The notes beneath the pieces are model-generated. The model saw only the letters and a list, made by a program, of their open reading frames with translations, did no database searches and was not told the origin of the DNA. Shown here one piece after another: positions 28,301-41,700 of a stretch of DNA of 64,000 nt (position 1 is its first letter; each line of letters begins with the position of its first letter). The DNA comes from Phoronis australis (Eukaryota > Animalia > Phoronida), in the NCBI GenBank assembly GCA_002633005.1, contig NMRA01000329.1:147219-211218 (forward strand), in the 5' to 3' direction. A program made the translations under genes and the position numbers.

Positions 28301-31300
28301 AACAGTGAATGTGAACACAACTGTAAGTTTCACATGTGATGCGGGATACGAGTTTCCTGATCACAGCACTACTATTAGCTCCACCTGTATTGATCATGAA
28401 ACATGGTCGAAGGATATAAATAATTGCTCAGGTGAGTAATTACTTTGCACATATAGGCGGACCACGTAAAAATTAAAAAATTTGTCTATAAAGTTTGTAA
28501 CTTCCAATTGCAGTGCGAATTGATTAGTTCTAATGATTTTCGAGCAAGTGAAGTTGCAATTCTCGGTAGTAAAACGTCAGTCCTGAGAACTGGAAGTCGC
28601 ATGATTAAATTCTCACTGCGCAGTGCCTATTAAAGGGGCGACTCTTTTACTTCGCCCATACAACCGGTCTCCGTTACATCTCTTATCACACCTACTTAGG
28701 GAGCCTCTTTTGACACTCAAATGCTTGCAATTTCCAATCAAAAAGTGTAAATTCAGTCTTTTAAATGATTTGTGGTCTCCTTGATAGTGTTGCATCGTTG
28801 TGAATTAATCATAGTTGCAGCTAGGTTGGTACTTACAACAAGATCGTTGCATTTTGCTAGTAGTGCTGTAAAAGTATTTACAGCAGACCGAAAACGTCTG
28901 GTTGATGTCGTGCATTTTTATGTGAAAACAATACTTTCGCTGTTCAGAAATTTTTTGCATTGAATCGTGCAACAAACATTTTCCAGTGGTTACGATAAAC
29001 ACGGAGAACATCACAGTCAACGAGAACTTAATAGTAAGTTTCACATGTGATTCTGGCTACCAGCTGTCCGATTATAACACTACGGTAATGTCTTCCTGCG
29101 AAGGACCTGGAACAAAGTGGACGGGGATCGATGTTTGCACAAGTAAGGTCCCGCTTCTCTAAGATCAAAAGGTTACAACCTCAGACTGTTCATATCTGCA
29201 TCTGCCGCTTTTCTACAACCAGTGTCTAGACTTCAACATGACGAAACTAAATGTTGCCTGGAGGACTTAGTCAATAATCTCATTAACTTCATTCTTTCAA
29301 AGCAGATTAGTTTTCATCACTTTTAGTCCGACGTCGAAGATGGTTTCAGCACTGAAGCCAAAGTGAAACAATGGCATTATTTCTTGAACTTTATGTTCTA
29401 GGAATTGTTGTTAATTTTGCCCATCTATGCACAAAATCCTGACAATATTGCTGCTTATTTTCCTCCATCTAGATATCATCTAACGTTGCGTCAAATAACT
29501 CCATTGAATGGAAATTTGTATTGTGCGGGACAAAAATGTGAACAGGGATTGAAGTGTATAAAAACCACACTCATTATACATGTATTTGCCTAGTTCTACA
29601 GTGTACGAGAAGAAGAAAACATGTACAGGTACATGAGAATATAATGTGTCCAGGTATATTGACTATAAGTAAGGTTTCTAAATTATGAGAATTAAAAATT
29701 TCCCATTGAAAAAGTATTTGTTTTCGGGGAAGTGTGGTATGGAGAAGAACTTTTTGTCTGGGGTCTATTTCCTGAAAAGTTACTTCAGATTTAAGAAAAA
29801 AGCTTGGCCTTGTACGACTCGCTTCACGATTTCTGACTGAAGGTTTAGCGACACAAATATAATGATACTGCGTCCCAGAAATTGTTTATACAAATTATCT
29901 AAGTAGCTCAAGGGTATTGGTCTTCTCCTAGAAACAGTGTAGTTTTGCTAAAGTGAGATTTATTTTTTTTCAGAAATTGCTGCGGGGAGCGTAAGACCGA
30001 ATTTCTGAATGAACTCATAAGTCACTTTTCAGGAAACGCACATGTAGATTTGGCATTATTTGAAGGTGCGAACAAGACCCAACAGGTTCGTATCGTTTAA
30101 AATGCAAACGATTTAGGTCCCATTGTTATAGAATTGTCATTATATTTTACAAAAGGTCATCCTATACAAATGACATGCACAGTTCCGGCGCCAGACTTCA
30201 GCACCAGAAACTATGGGAATTCCACAGTCAATATGAACACGACAGTAAGTTTCACATGTGATGGTGGCTTCAAGTTTCTCGATCACAACACCACGATAAT
30301 GTCAACATGCACAGGGCAAGAAACTTCTTCGACTGACTCAACCACTTGTACAAGTAAGTTACTTCACTTATGTAACGCAGATCAACTTGGCCATTGAAAT
30401 GATAATCACTGTTGTGCGCATGAGTAAGGCTTTGAAACCGTGTTTTAAATACGTACTCGACGAGCGGTGGATCTAATTACAGTTGCAAAATGATGTTCTC
30501 GTTTGCATTTCGTTATAATTTTGAGAGAGGTTCCGACGTGCACCTTCCCAGTATAGGATTTTGGCATCATTAAGAAACACTGGCGCATCTAGGATCTTGC
30601 GAGGCGTTCACAATTCGCGTAGCAGAAACGTTGAACATTCACTACATCCAGTTTCAAGAGAATGTGTGATGGGAACCCACGCCTATAGGCAAGCTGTCTT
30701 CATTTTTTCAATTTCTTATTTTTATTATAAACGATCACAATTTGACGAGACTCACGTTTATTTTGGTTAAAGATTCCATGAACACATTTTACTTTATAAA
30801 CTGTGACATACACACCTCCGAGTCTAGAAATCAGCACCATCAGCACCGAAGACACTGGAAACATCACAGTCAACGTTAACACGACAGCAAGTTTCGCATG
30901 TAATGCCGACCACTGGCTTCACGATCACAAAGCCACGGTAATGTCTACTTGGACTGGACAGAAAAAATGGTCGACGGGTGTTAAAAGTTGTACAAGTAAG
31001 TTACAGTGTACTTAGTGTAAGGCAATTTGAAATTCCGATTAAAAATTGAAAGCCCCAACAATAGGCAAACTTAGACAAATAAAAAAGCAAATACCTTTAC
31101 ATCTGTATGTTGTTTCAGTATCTTTCATGAATTCATGGTCTGTACCTAGAACCAGTCATAAGAACTGGGTTTCTGTATTTTCAGTGATAATATGCACCGA
31201 ACCAACAGAGGTGTTCAGCACCATGGACACTGACAACACAGTTTTCAGCGTAAATACAGCTGTAAGTTTCTTCTGTGAGGCTGGACATGTGCTGCCCAAC

Positions 31301-31367
31301 CATGCCAACTTGACAACCTCCACGTGTACTGAGCAAGAAACATGGTCAAGTGATGTTCAACGTACAT
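19343..31367 (+). CDS. Secreted FN2 + sushi/CCP-repeat glycoprotein, paralog A; exons 19343-19400 (signal peptide), 26692-26859 (FN2), 28246-28431, 28987-29142, 30156-30353, ~30801-30994 (acceptor mutated), 31185-31367 (sushi); 3' end not found
   Basis: Signal exon MISNGLVSCLISLTLVIVT|gtaagt. FN2 exon DGSVQTFGGNSGGAPCAFPFVYRERTYFRCTSFNHNKPWCATTSDYSRDRKWGNCA fits the C-x-FPF-x-Y...C...WC-x-TT...W-G-x-C consensus. Sushi exons follow C-x-x-P...TVSFTCDAGY...STC...WS...C. All are phase 1-1. Confidence 0.85.
21049..21582 (+). mobile_element. Internally deleted, inverted copy of the 5' part of the LINE at 13884-17360
   Basis: Joins reverse complements of ~17300-17356, ~16590-16720 and ~16070-16400 (e.g. 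ttcccgccagatgt..tttgaaattg, agaagtcaactacgcaaactgaa, gctcaagttacctctctatca). Confidence 0.8.
21800..23530 (+). mobile_element. Decayed N-terminal fragment of an Academ-like transposase in intron 1 of paralog A
   Basis: Frameshifted KDKDLV...EVKYHRSSCYK at ~23295-23350 and FCLEFIESKLL...VICLSKL; many stops. Confidence 0.45.
23880..24340. repeat. Array of short palindromic AAACC(T/A)GGTTT-type repeats, probably a DNA-transposon subterminal region
   Basis: Repeated ttaaacctggtttaa, aaaccaggttt and agaccaggtct motifs. Confidence 0.5.
24471..25699 (+). other. ~525-bp near-identical duplication across a single-N contig join (24471-24996 vs 25175-25699); likely haplotype or assembly artefact
   Basis: The second copy begins immediately after the n at 25172 and differs by only about 6 substitutions. 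Confidence 0.8.
26692..26859 (+). CDS. Fibronectin type II domain exon, paralog A
   Basis: tttttgtatcag|...|gtaata, 168 bp, four Cys and the FN2 aromatic residues intact. It is in a frame not listed in the ORF track. Confidence 0.95.
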
Positions 31368-31588
31368 GTAAGTTTGGTCGTAAATCAGTGTAGTCTATTG
31401 CATAGCAAGGCAATTATTTCGTTATCAAGACACAAACTTTTGGTAGTTATTTACTTTTCATCTTTAACGGGAGATGAAATACATTGTCTTCAGGTAACTG
31501 TAAATTCACGATATGTCAAAATGATACGGGTTGTTCAATCACAACCGTCCAATGAAAATAACAAAGGAACTCGGCAGCAAGAGACATG

Positions 31589-31895
31589 AGGCATGTTCAA
31601 GAAACTGACTTAAGTTCATGTTTGACTTAAGTTTAAGATCTGTCTTAACTTCCATGGAAAGCAGTGTGAATTGATGGGGTTACCCTCATTGTAAATATTA
31701 CATAAATAAATAAACAAATAAACTTCCAAACTTTTGAAACTTCCAAAAACTAAGACAAAACTTATGTCAAACACTTAAGTCAAACTTAATATCTCTGTCT
31801 TCAATTGGTTTTGAGACAAATTTAGCTTTTATTTTAAAATTTACTAAAATTTTAAGATTTTCCTAAGCTATTTCAGTTTTGTTGAAACCTGTCCC
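31589..31895. mobile_element. MITE-like element carrying a nested LINE 3' tail (31651-31722)
   Basis: Imperfect TIR ggcatgttcaagaaactga / tcagttttgttgaaacctgtccc with internal acttaag repeats. The nested tggaaagcagtg...accctcatt...aaataaataaa matches 48190-48253. Confidence 0.45.
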
Positions 31896-32939
31896 TGGTC
31901 GATTCTACGTAAGGTCACTCTATATTTTCTATTCTGACTGTGTGTGCGTGAATTTACTGGAAGACGGATGCAAATATAGTGACTGTGCAGTGTTACTGTG
32001 GTCGGTTTCATTTATGCTCGGGTTATGTGTAAACCTTGCATTAGGTTTGTGTGATTGACCTATTCTTATTCTGAGTTCTGGTATTAAACGAATGGGTGTT
32101 GTTTCGTTTGTGGGTGAATGTTTGGTGAAATCGACAAGTGAAGAACAGGTGAGTAATCATCCGCTATCACACGTACATTCGATTTACCGCCGTCTAACAA
32201 GGGCTAAAGGACAGACAGCGAGCAAATCTTATTTCCCGCACAACTGTCATGCGAATATCAATAATTTTGTAAGGCCAATTGCGGGCCAATCTTAGGAGCA
32301 AATCCCACTACTGTTGGATGACCAACCATCACCGTATGACGCTTTACAAAAACGAGATGGCCCACACAACGTCGTAGGAGTGGCACTCGCATCTGCAGAC
32401 ATTGTTTTAAATGCAACCAAATTGCAGTTTCACCACCTGCTATGTACAACACACGCACACCACACTTCATGTAAGAACTTCAGATTCCTGAGACACGCAG
32501 TCTTCACAGATTTCATATCCTGAGTTTTTAGGTCGGGGGGCCATTACAATAATTTTTGTCTGGCTCTGATGATTACGACTTCCATTTTCAAGATTGTTTA
32601 ACGAATAATAACGTATTTGGGTGAAAAACGTCAGATTTGCCTGGACTGAAGGATCATTCTCCTCATGAAAAAATGTACTGTATCGAAAATAACTTTCTGC
32701 GATTAATTTAGTGATCTACTATTCACACCGTCTGTGTCACCTCCAGTTAGTTGTAAATGCTAGTGAATACAGCAACAGTTGAGACAGGAGAAAGGTTAGC
32801 AAGGTATGTTTAGCAAGTTAAACAGTTTATAATATAGGTGCTTGAACAGCTCCCACTAGGCGTCTCTTTAGTGATGTTACAACTCTGTCTGAAGCAGTCA
32901 TTCTCAGTCTGTGATCAAAATCTGTACACAATCAACCAG

Positions 32940-35900
32940 TATTTACACAACTAATCTCTGTGAACTGTGAATGAATTGTTGCAGCTTAAACCACGGCATT
33001 CTCCACATGCAACCGAGCACGGCAATCCTAACTTCTTGCAAGAACATCTCTTGGAACTGCAGTTGGTCTTACATGAACATCTTACTACTTTCAGCAGGTT
33101 CTCTGGTGCTGCTGACTGGTCCATCGTCGTGGGAATGAATTTTCCACCTGCCAACACCTGTACCCAATACAGCAAGTTTAGGCCACTGCCACCGAATCTT
33201 GACCACTCTTGCCCTTGATAATATGTCCCGGCACAATGGAATTTAGCTACTGAAGAAAGTTGGTGCTAATAACTGGACTGGGGCTAGTCTGACACCTCAT
33301 CTACAAATCGCCTGCATCGCAACACAACTACTACGAGCTCAAATTATGTCTTGCTTCAGCTGCATGGGTCTAGTGAATACTCTAGTGTTTTCGCAGAATA
33401 CTCGATCATGCAGTTTCTTGAATGGGAGAGCCTTTGCATGCGCAAATGGCAAAACTGCGCAAGTTTCGGCTCCAAGAGACAACTGTAGTTTCTTGATGTC
33501 CCAGACTCTCCTCTTGCTTTGATGCCTCTTGTCAAATTTCAGGAGCGTTGGAAGTTATTGTGAAGTAGCATGGTAACACAAAAGAACCAACAAGACTGTA
33601 TCGTCTGCAATCAGCGTGGTTGGACCTTGTGCTGCATTCTCTACTGCTGTTTCTACAATTAAAACGTCTGTGTCACCTTGAGCTTGTACCACTGTGCAAC
33701 CAGCATTTCCTAGAAAACTTGACAAGAAGTGAATGAATCATTGTTTGTTTTTGCTGTTTGCCAAACAATGTTCTGAATTGGCTTGATCACCATGTCACTT
33801 CAGTTCCAACCACCTCACCCAAAATTTGAACATGGGAAACATGTTTAGTTAATGGTTCATCTCAGTAACCATAAAAAACAACAGTAGGCTGAGTGCACTT
33901 GTTGTTATAATCCACATAAGCGCTGCCAAACGACTGAACCGTTGCACCTCTAGGCCATGGAATACGGTGAAGGAGAGAACCGCCGTCAATTACATGCATC
34001 ACCGTGTTTTCTGGAAACTGAAATCCTCAGGTAGTCCCCCGCAGGACCAGATTGCATCAGCTAATATTGATTCATTAGAGACTCTGGGAAGACCAGATGT
34101 TTCAAAAAGAGAAGGAGAATCAACTCACAGCTCAAACTTCAAAAGGCTTCATGAACTTTCACTGTTGTCTTTTGCAGCTTTCAGGATTCGCTGAAGTAGC
34201 ACTCGTGGATCCACTTGTGTAAAATCACTATTAGCAATATGAACTGATTGACTTGTCATTGCCACAACCTTGTCTTTCTTTCTGAATGTGAAGTCTTTCA
34301 CGCTTGACCCCTCCATAGACAAGCGAATCTCAATTCCCACTTCTCTGCCATTTTCGGCATTGACGCGCGTGCCTGCAGTCACACCAGTGATGATGTTCTG
34401 TAATGTTACTCTTTAAAGCGGGTTTCTGTTGTGGAAGAATTCAACAAGGCTGCGGATGTCTTTGTCGTCACGCGACTGTCTTTCCTGGGTTCATTCTTTA
34501 TGCTGCTGACATGTTTCACAACTCAAGTTTGTCACAGTCTGCATGGCACCATTTATACTTGAGCATGCCGGCAAGGAAGAAGCCACGGTGCACTCTGCGT
34601 TTCTCCCATTTCGCAACCTCTAGTTAAAGCTCCCGGTGCTTTAAGGTAGGTGGATACACAAAAAAAATAATTTTGACTGTTTTTTACATTTTCATATCAT
34701 CCTAATCTTTAATTCTTGATGCACAGTATACTGGAGAAAAATAAAATCATTCTGAAAATCCAAAGTTGTTTTTTTAGCTATATTTGACCAAGCCTCAGTA
34801 CGTCATATGGCTTGAGTGCTCACCAGCTCAGTGATTGACAACTGGGGCGGAGCTTATATACAAGGACACTAGCTCTAATCTAACCCTGTCAACAAGCATT
34901 GCGTAACCGGGCAATCGAGAGTGATGTACCAGCTGATATTGGTGTTGTAGCAAGACCAAGAATAAAACAATTCTATTTTTGACCATGTGAAAGTTAGTAG
35001 TGAAATGGTGAACTAGCTCCTGTTCCGAGCCTGAGCCTGTTTGTCTATCTGCAAAAAAATTAAGTTGAGTACGCCAAGCCCTACCGAAGCCATCACTGCA
35101 CTCAGCTTGAGGAGTCCGTGCAGAAATTGTGCATGTATAAGAGAAGTCGGTAATATAAGGTCAGTTGTCTTGCGAGAGGACGCTGAGTGTCGACGTGGGT
35201 GGTGTTGCACGATTCGGTGAGAGTGCATACACGCGCTGTGAAGACAAGCCGCGCGCGCGACACATGGACAACTACATGCCGTCAGAGTAGAGTCTTCGCA
35301 GATAAACCGTGCTTCTGTGCTGGGAACGTGCCGTGGAGAAACTAGGTTGTCAAACCCAGAGGATTTTTAACTTGCCACTGGCCGTAACCCAAAGAATTAG
35401 AGAAATGACCCAGTGTTCAACATAACAAAAAATTTTCTAGTGCATAGATTCAAACGTAACCCTGAATTAAAACTCATGATATTATACGATTTTAGAGGAA
35501 AGCAATATAAGAAACTTTAGTAACTTGAGAACCTCACCCAAGCGGCGCTATTTGCGCAGAAAGTGATATTTTCTTATCCCAAAGTCCATTCGGTACAGGC
35601 ACGTAAAAATGTTGAACCATTACTATGAAAGTAGTTCTTTATCCTCGTCGCCAATATTGTTATGTAGGCAGTAACGCGGCGATTTGATATAACACATATA
35701 TTGGTTGATGATAATATTGGAATACTAACAAATAGGTCTGTGTAATATAGTTAGAGAGTCTTTTACAAACTGAGTGGAGAGTTCAGATGAATCGTATAAA
35801 CAATCAACACATGGTGGTCGGCACACCAGTACAGCAGACAATAGATCAACGCTAAGCTCCGCCCACGTGACAGCCATATTTGTTTTGGTCGTCTGTCGTG

Positions 35901-38705
35901 CATCACAAGTTCGAAAAAATGATTAAAATTACGCTGTAAACAAACAGGTATGTCACATTTTCTAAATATGAAGTAAATATCAGCTTTATTTCTAGTACTT
36001 CAACAAAAATTGGAACATAATGACCACGCATTCTGAACGAAATTTGATCTCAAGTGGCAATCGATGACCGCTTAACTTCAAAGCCGTTTTTCTCGGCTCG
36101 TGATTTCAGGATAGTGACACGATTCTCGGGCCTATTTTTCCACAACACGTGGGTCAATTTTAACGAAAGTTGCAAATTTGAAATCCTCTTGGACTGAAGT
36201 AAAATCGCGTGCCAGGGTTTTTTGATAAATGGACCAGATTTTTAGTTATTAGACGGAAAGTGACCAAATGACAAAAAGTGGCGTGCTTGCCCCAACTCAC
36301 ACACAAAAAATGCCACAAAATCAAGATCATAATGATTTTGTACATATATTTGGTATGGATAAGTAGAATATTGCGTAAGGAAATAGTTGATGATGATCCC
36401 TGTGCATTTTGAAAAAAAATTCGAGGTAAAATTGGATTTGTTGAAAATTAAAAAATACGATTTTTTAAAAAAACGAACTACAAAAAAAACATTTTTTTCG
36501 TTTTTTGTAACTTTCAGAGTCATGTCTAACTAGTTAAAACTCCCTTTTTACTCATTTTAGTTAGGAACCTGGAGATTTGATCAGTGTATACACCTACCTT
36601 AATACTTTTTATGAGCGTCTGTTCCATTACCAGATCATATGGTAAGCCTGTCCAAAATATGTCACTTATGACATCTGGACGGGTGTCTTTGAGTTGCTGC
36701 GTCTGCAGCAAGTATATGTATGTAGATTTTGTATAAGAGTTGTAACCAGCAGCTGCAAAGTAAGGCAGCATTTCAAATACTGCTTTTAGGTGAAGCTCCC
36801 AATCTGACGTTATTTGTGCTTTTAAAAAAGTCGAAGGATGTCAGTCATCTTCATATACTGTAGCCAAAGACTAATGATTCGACTTTGGAAGGACAAGTCT
36901 AATTTATATGCTTCGATTTTTACGGATACGTACGAGACCGTCGGACAAGCATACATCGCTGCACACAGTCTTCATGTCAGCAATAAGATCATCATACAGC
37001 TTCAGACCACCTCTCAAATCATCATCAAGTATATCTTTGGCCATTGATTCTTCTGACGAACTATTCTCTGTCACTGCGAATTCTGAAGACCTATACTCTG
37101 ATTCAGTCGTGTTTGAATATACCAGTGGCAGTAGGTTGGAAGCCAGAAGTGAACTCTGATGAGGGTATTCCACTGTAATTCAAGGTTCAGAATCGGAAGA
37201 CACTGGCTCTGCATTGCATGCCCCAGCGTATACATCTAGTTATGTGATCAGTTGGGATGTCTGAAAAATCTGTCTCCATATTCTAACGAGCCAACACTGG
37301 TGTACAAGCATTGAATTGCTCCCCCTCTTGGGCCGGAATCTGTGTTCTACGTTGGTGACATTCGGGACTCTTGGGATTTCGGAAGAACCGGGACATCTTT
37401 CTTCATTGGTTCTGGATTGACGTTACTTTATTTTTCAATATTTGGAAGTGGGACATAAGGATCTTACTGTTTTATGTATGCACCATCTCAAGAACTTATT
37501 GAAGCCCTGTACCTGACATTACATATCCAATAAATCCCAGAAAACTCATCTCAGTATGAAATCTGCAAAGCCTGGTTAAGAACAAGTGACTGCAGATCAC
37601 TATCGTTTTGTTTGCTGGCATTAATTTCCTCTAAAATCAGTTACCTATGTTCATAAAAAGCATGCATATTAAACAAATTGTGAGTCCTAAACTTTTTGTT
37701 ACACAATTTTATTTGTTTTTCATCAAATTCAGACGAAATCAACAGCCAAATTCTCGACACATACCAGCAGCAGAAGAAATCATTGCTTGGGAACATCTAA
37801 TAATATCTCCAATAGCAGAGAAAAAATCCACTTTCTGCCAAATTTTATACAGGGTTTGTTTAACGATAACCAATAACTCCACCAGAATTTCATATTTTTC
37901 TAAGAAATATTACTTTAAATTTGATACCTCAAATGAACATATTTTACAGAAAAAAATTGAGTGTGTGAAGGTTATTATGAAAATTTAACTAAAGCCTTTT
38001 CTGAAAAACACAACAAATTTTATGTTATATAATCTTAATGAGATTAAAATTCCATATTTAGTATCTAAATCTGAAAAACAAAAACAGTCAACTCATTAAC
38101 CCTGACTGTAGATTGTAAAATGTTTTTGTGTAAATGCCTATCAGGTTACAAACAAAGTTTACAGAACGAAAACGCTTAAAATTGGGGTTTTGTGAATTGG
38201 CGGCCATTTTGGCGGACATTTTGTCAGCCATCATGAATTTTTCTCTCCAACCAGTGACCAATTACAAGGTCCAGATATTTTCAATTGTCTAACTTACAAA
38301 AGAATAAACATTTTGCCATTTTCAGGGCAAAATATAAAAAGAAATGTTACGAAATGTACCAAATTGCTGTTTCGGCCGCTATTTTGTCGGCCATATTGGT
38401 TTTCTTTCACGGAAAATTGGCATATTTTGATTGGTATGCCTGTTACGAACAGTATAAAATCAATGATTAACTTTATTGTTTTATTTCCAGCTGTTACATA
38501 TGAGTAACATGCCAGAAAGCACTAAACACAGGCTTAGGCGGCCATTTTTTCCGCCATCTTGAAAAACCAACGTCCGCCACTCCGATTTGGGTAGACTTAT
38601 TTTCTGGCACCAAGGGATGTTTGAAGATGCTATTTATGCAAAAAAACCTTCTGTTGCAATTCTTTTGTAGGTTGAGCCCTCTGGAGCCCTAGAATGACTG
38701 GACTA
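32940..38705 (-). mobile_element. AcademX-like DNA transposon, degenerate, interrupted by a TTAA-flanked insert
   Basis: Minus-strand remnants: MLPYFAAAGYNSYTKSTYIYL, DLVMEQTLIKSIK|APGALTRG, QGDTDVLIV...IADDT, and C-terminal RCSCKTNCSSKRCSCKKLGLPCSVACGECRGLSCNN (Cys8 finger). The right end has gcggccatttt/ccgccatcttg repeats ending in GACTA (38705), consistent with Academ TAG...CTA termini. The left terminus was not found. Confidence 0.75.
34645..36598. mobile_element. Non-autonomous Kolobok-type element (TTAA TSD) nested in the Academ-like ORF
   Basis: TTAA|GGTAGGTGGATACAC ... GTGTATACACCTACC|TTAA (14/15 TIR match). Removing it plus one TTAA restores the frame EQTLIKSIKAPGALTRG. Confidence 0.9.
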
Positions 38706-38739
38706 ATATATAGACCCCCGTAGAATGCTGAGAGACAAT

Positions 38740-41700
38740 TCGATGACTTTATTTCAACAATTTTAAAATTGATAGCTAAAGAGGGTAACTTTTTATGGCT
38801 GGTGACTTCAATTCCAATTTACTGCAAAGTTTCAGTCATGAAAATTTGGTAATATTTAACCCCATGTTAAACCTGTCTCTTCTTCCTAAGATAACCTTTC
38901 CTACTCGTCTCACCAACAACACGTGTACTCTTATTGATTAAATTTAAACAAAATTTTCTCCAACCACGAACATTTCCGAGGGGGGTATACTGCTATTCCG
39001 AGGGGGTATACTGCTAAGTAAATGAGCAGACCTTTTCCGATATTTTTGTCTCTTAATACTTATAACAAAGTAAACCTCGTAAACGCAAATTTATTCAGAG
39101 AAAGTTACACTCAAAAAATTGCACTCCAACTTTGAAACTGGTGTGGCTTAAATTGACCTCAAGTCAGTCTTAGATAACTTTTTATCTCAAAATCCTACGA
39201 CAGTTATAGTTATTTAAAAACAATTGTTTTAGATTTGGTGAATAAACATTTTCACTCCAAAACCAAACGCATCAACAGGCATAAGCATAAAGTCAACAAC
39301 TGGATTATATAGGGGATATTAAAATCAATAAAAGTGCGAGACAAAATCTATAAAAATGAAAACCACACTTCCTGGCTCTATTTCTTCTCGGTTTTACTCG
39401 ACAAATCTGCAAAATTATGACATCATACTTAAGTATGTAATAAAAGAAACCAAACGCACGTGCTATGAAAAACAGTTCAAGCAGCACCGAAATGATATAC
39501 GCCAAACGTACCGAGTCTTCAAAAACGTAAGTTCTAATTCATCCTCCAGAACTGTTCTCCCTAGCTTTATCACCTCCACAGCATCTGGACACATTACTGA
39601 TAAACACTTGGTAGGCCAATACCCATTTGGTATTATGTACCCATTTGGTATTATGTACCCACTACACCAACCTGTGCCACTTAGTATCCGATATTCATTT
39701 ACACATTGGGTATCGCAAAGGTGCGTGTTATCTCTTGTAATTGAGGTAGAGCCACACGGGGCAAAACGCCCCTATTAAACAAAAACCTGTTTTTCTTCCT
39801 ACTAAAATATATGTTATTCTTGTGTTGTTTTATTTGTCCCCAGTAATGAGATTGATGACACTCTGACCTATTATTAGGGCAAATACTATGCTACAGCACT
39901 TCAAGCTTTATATCCAACTCCTAGTTTGTCCCTATCTAGTCCGATGGTAGCGCTGGTTGTTCTTTCTCTCCAGGTTCCAGTTGACGCAGTCTCAAGCAAC
40001 AGTACATTCACTCGTAAGTTTCTCCCAATTAGACGATTTCATACCTATCTCACCCCCTACCCTGGCTTAAACACAATCTCCTCCAGCAGTTACACAGTTT
40101 TTATACTTATTCCACCCTACCTACCCTGTGGCGAACAAAATCTGCTGGTGGTTATTGCTGTTATTACAGTCACTGCAGGTATCTCCTTTAAGCCCGGGGC
40201 GTGTTGCCGTCAAGCGAGAAAAGACTTTATTGGTTAACGACCAGAACTGCACGCGAGCGTCCGTCACTATGGATTGCCTCTCTCCACCACGGTGGCAGCT
40301 CTCAGCACAAACAGAGCCACAACATCACGTTCCTTAAAATATCTCTTTTTATCACTCCGGGTGGTTTGCTCACTCAGCTTGTCCGGAGCCTGCTTTGTCA
40401 TGTTGTTATAGCCCAGTTGGCTGTTTGGTGTACCCCCTTGGTACTTTTTCTGATATTTGCCTATTTAGCAGGTTGTATCCATTTGGTACTTATTATTCAT
40501 CTTGCCGTTTAGCTCGACCCTCTTGGTAGGCAATCGTCCAGTAATCATTTGGTATTATGTACTAATTTGGTACTAACCTGTGCCACTTATTATTCGATAC
40601 TCAGTTACACATTGGGTATCGCAAACGCCTGTGTTATCTCTTGTAATTAAGGTACCTATCTGGTACCTTCTGTGAAATAATTATCTGTAGAGCTGTGACC
40701 CCGAAAATCCCAATAAAACCTTAAGTATATATTTTTCTTTTGTGGTTATATTTTCTGTCTATTGAGGACAAATTACTGACCAGTTCAACAACTATTTTAT
40801 TAACATTCGAAAGAATTTGGCTTCTTAAATATGTAATGAAATTTTCGAAAATTATCGTGAAGATCCCACTATCTCTATCTTTAAGTTTGAAATCGTTGAT
40901 GATGACGAAGTCCTAAAGATAATGAAAAATCTAAAATAAAAAACCACTACAGACTGTGATGGTCTATAATGTTCGTTTATCAAACAATACTCTTCACTTT
41001 TTATGAGAACCATTTTCTATGATTATAAAACAATCCCTACACAGCACAGATATTTTCTCAGGTGATGTGAAGGTAGCTAAGGTAAACCGACACTAACTCT
41101 CTTGTTACCTACAGACCAATATCTAGTCTTTACACAATTCCCAAAGTTTTTGAAAAAACGGTTAATTATTTTTCCCATAATAATCTTCTATATAATTCCC
41201 AGAATGGTTTGAAACTCAAAAACCCGACTGAACTCCAGGCTACACTCTCTTTACAAAAAAATTAGATGAAGGTTTGAACCCAAATCCCATATTTATGGAT
41301 CTCTCTATAGCCTTTGATACCATTGATTACGATATCCTTCTCAAAAAAATGTAATATTATGGGTTTTCTTATAACAAGTTTCTTTGGCGTCAAAGCTATC
41401 TTGAAAATACAAAACAGTTTTTCTAGATATTGTTCGTTTGCCATTTCTACATGTGAACCACAGGGATCTATTTTCGGATCTCCCCAATTTTATTCTATGT
41501 AAATGACATCACTTTCTCCAGAAAGGCACTGTTTATCGTCTATGCAGGCGACATGTGCCTGTTATTTCCTTTTTGTATCAACAAAAATCATAGCCTCAGC
41601 GATAAAATCAACAGAATAAATAAAAATTTACATAGTGCAATGGCTGGCTAAATACCTATAAAAATCGCTAAACGTAAGTATAGCTAAATTCATGTCATTT

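Noticed and set aside
32295-32523. Possible next or terminal exon of paralog A
   Set aside because: No recognisable domain, no homolog downstream of paralog B, and the phase is not convincingly compatible.
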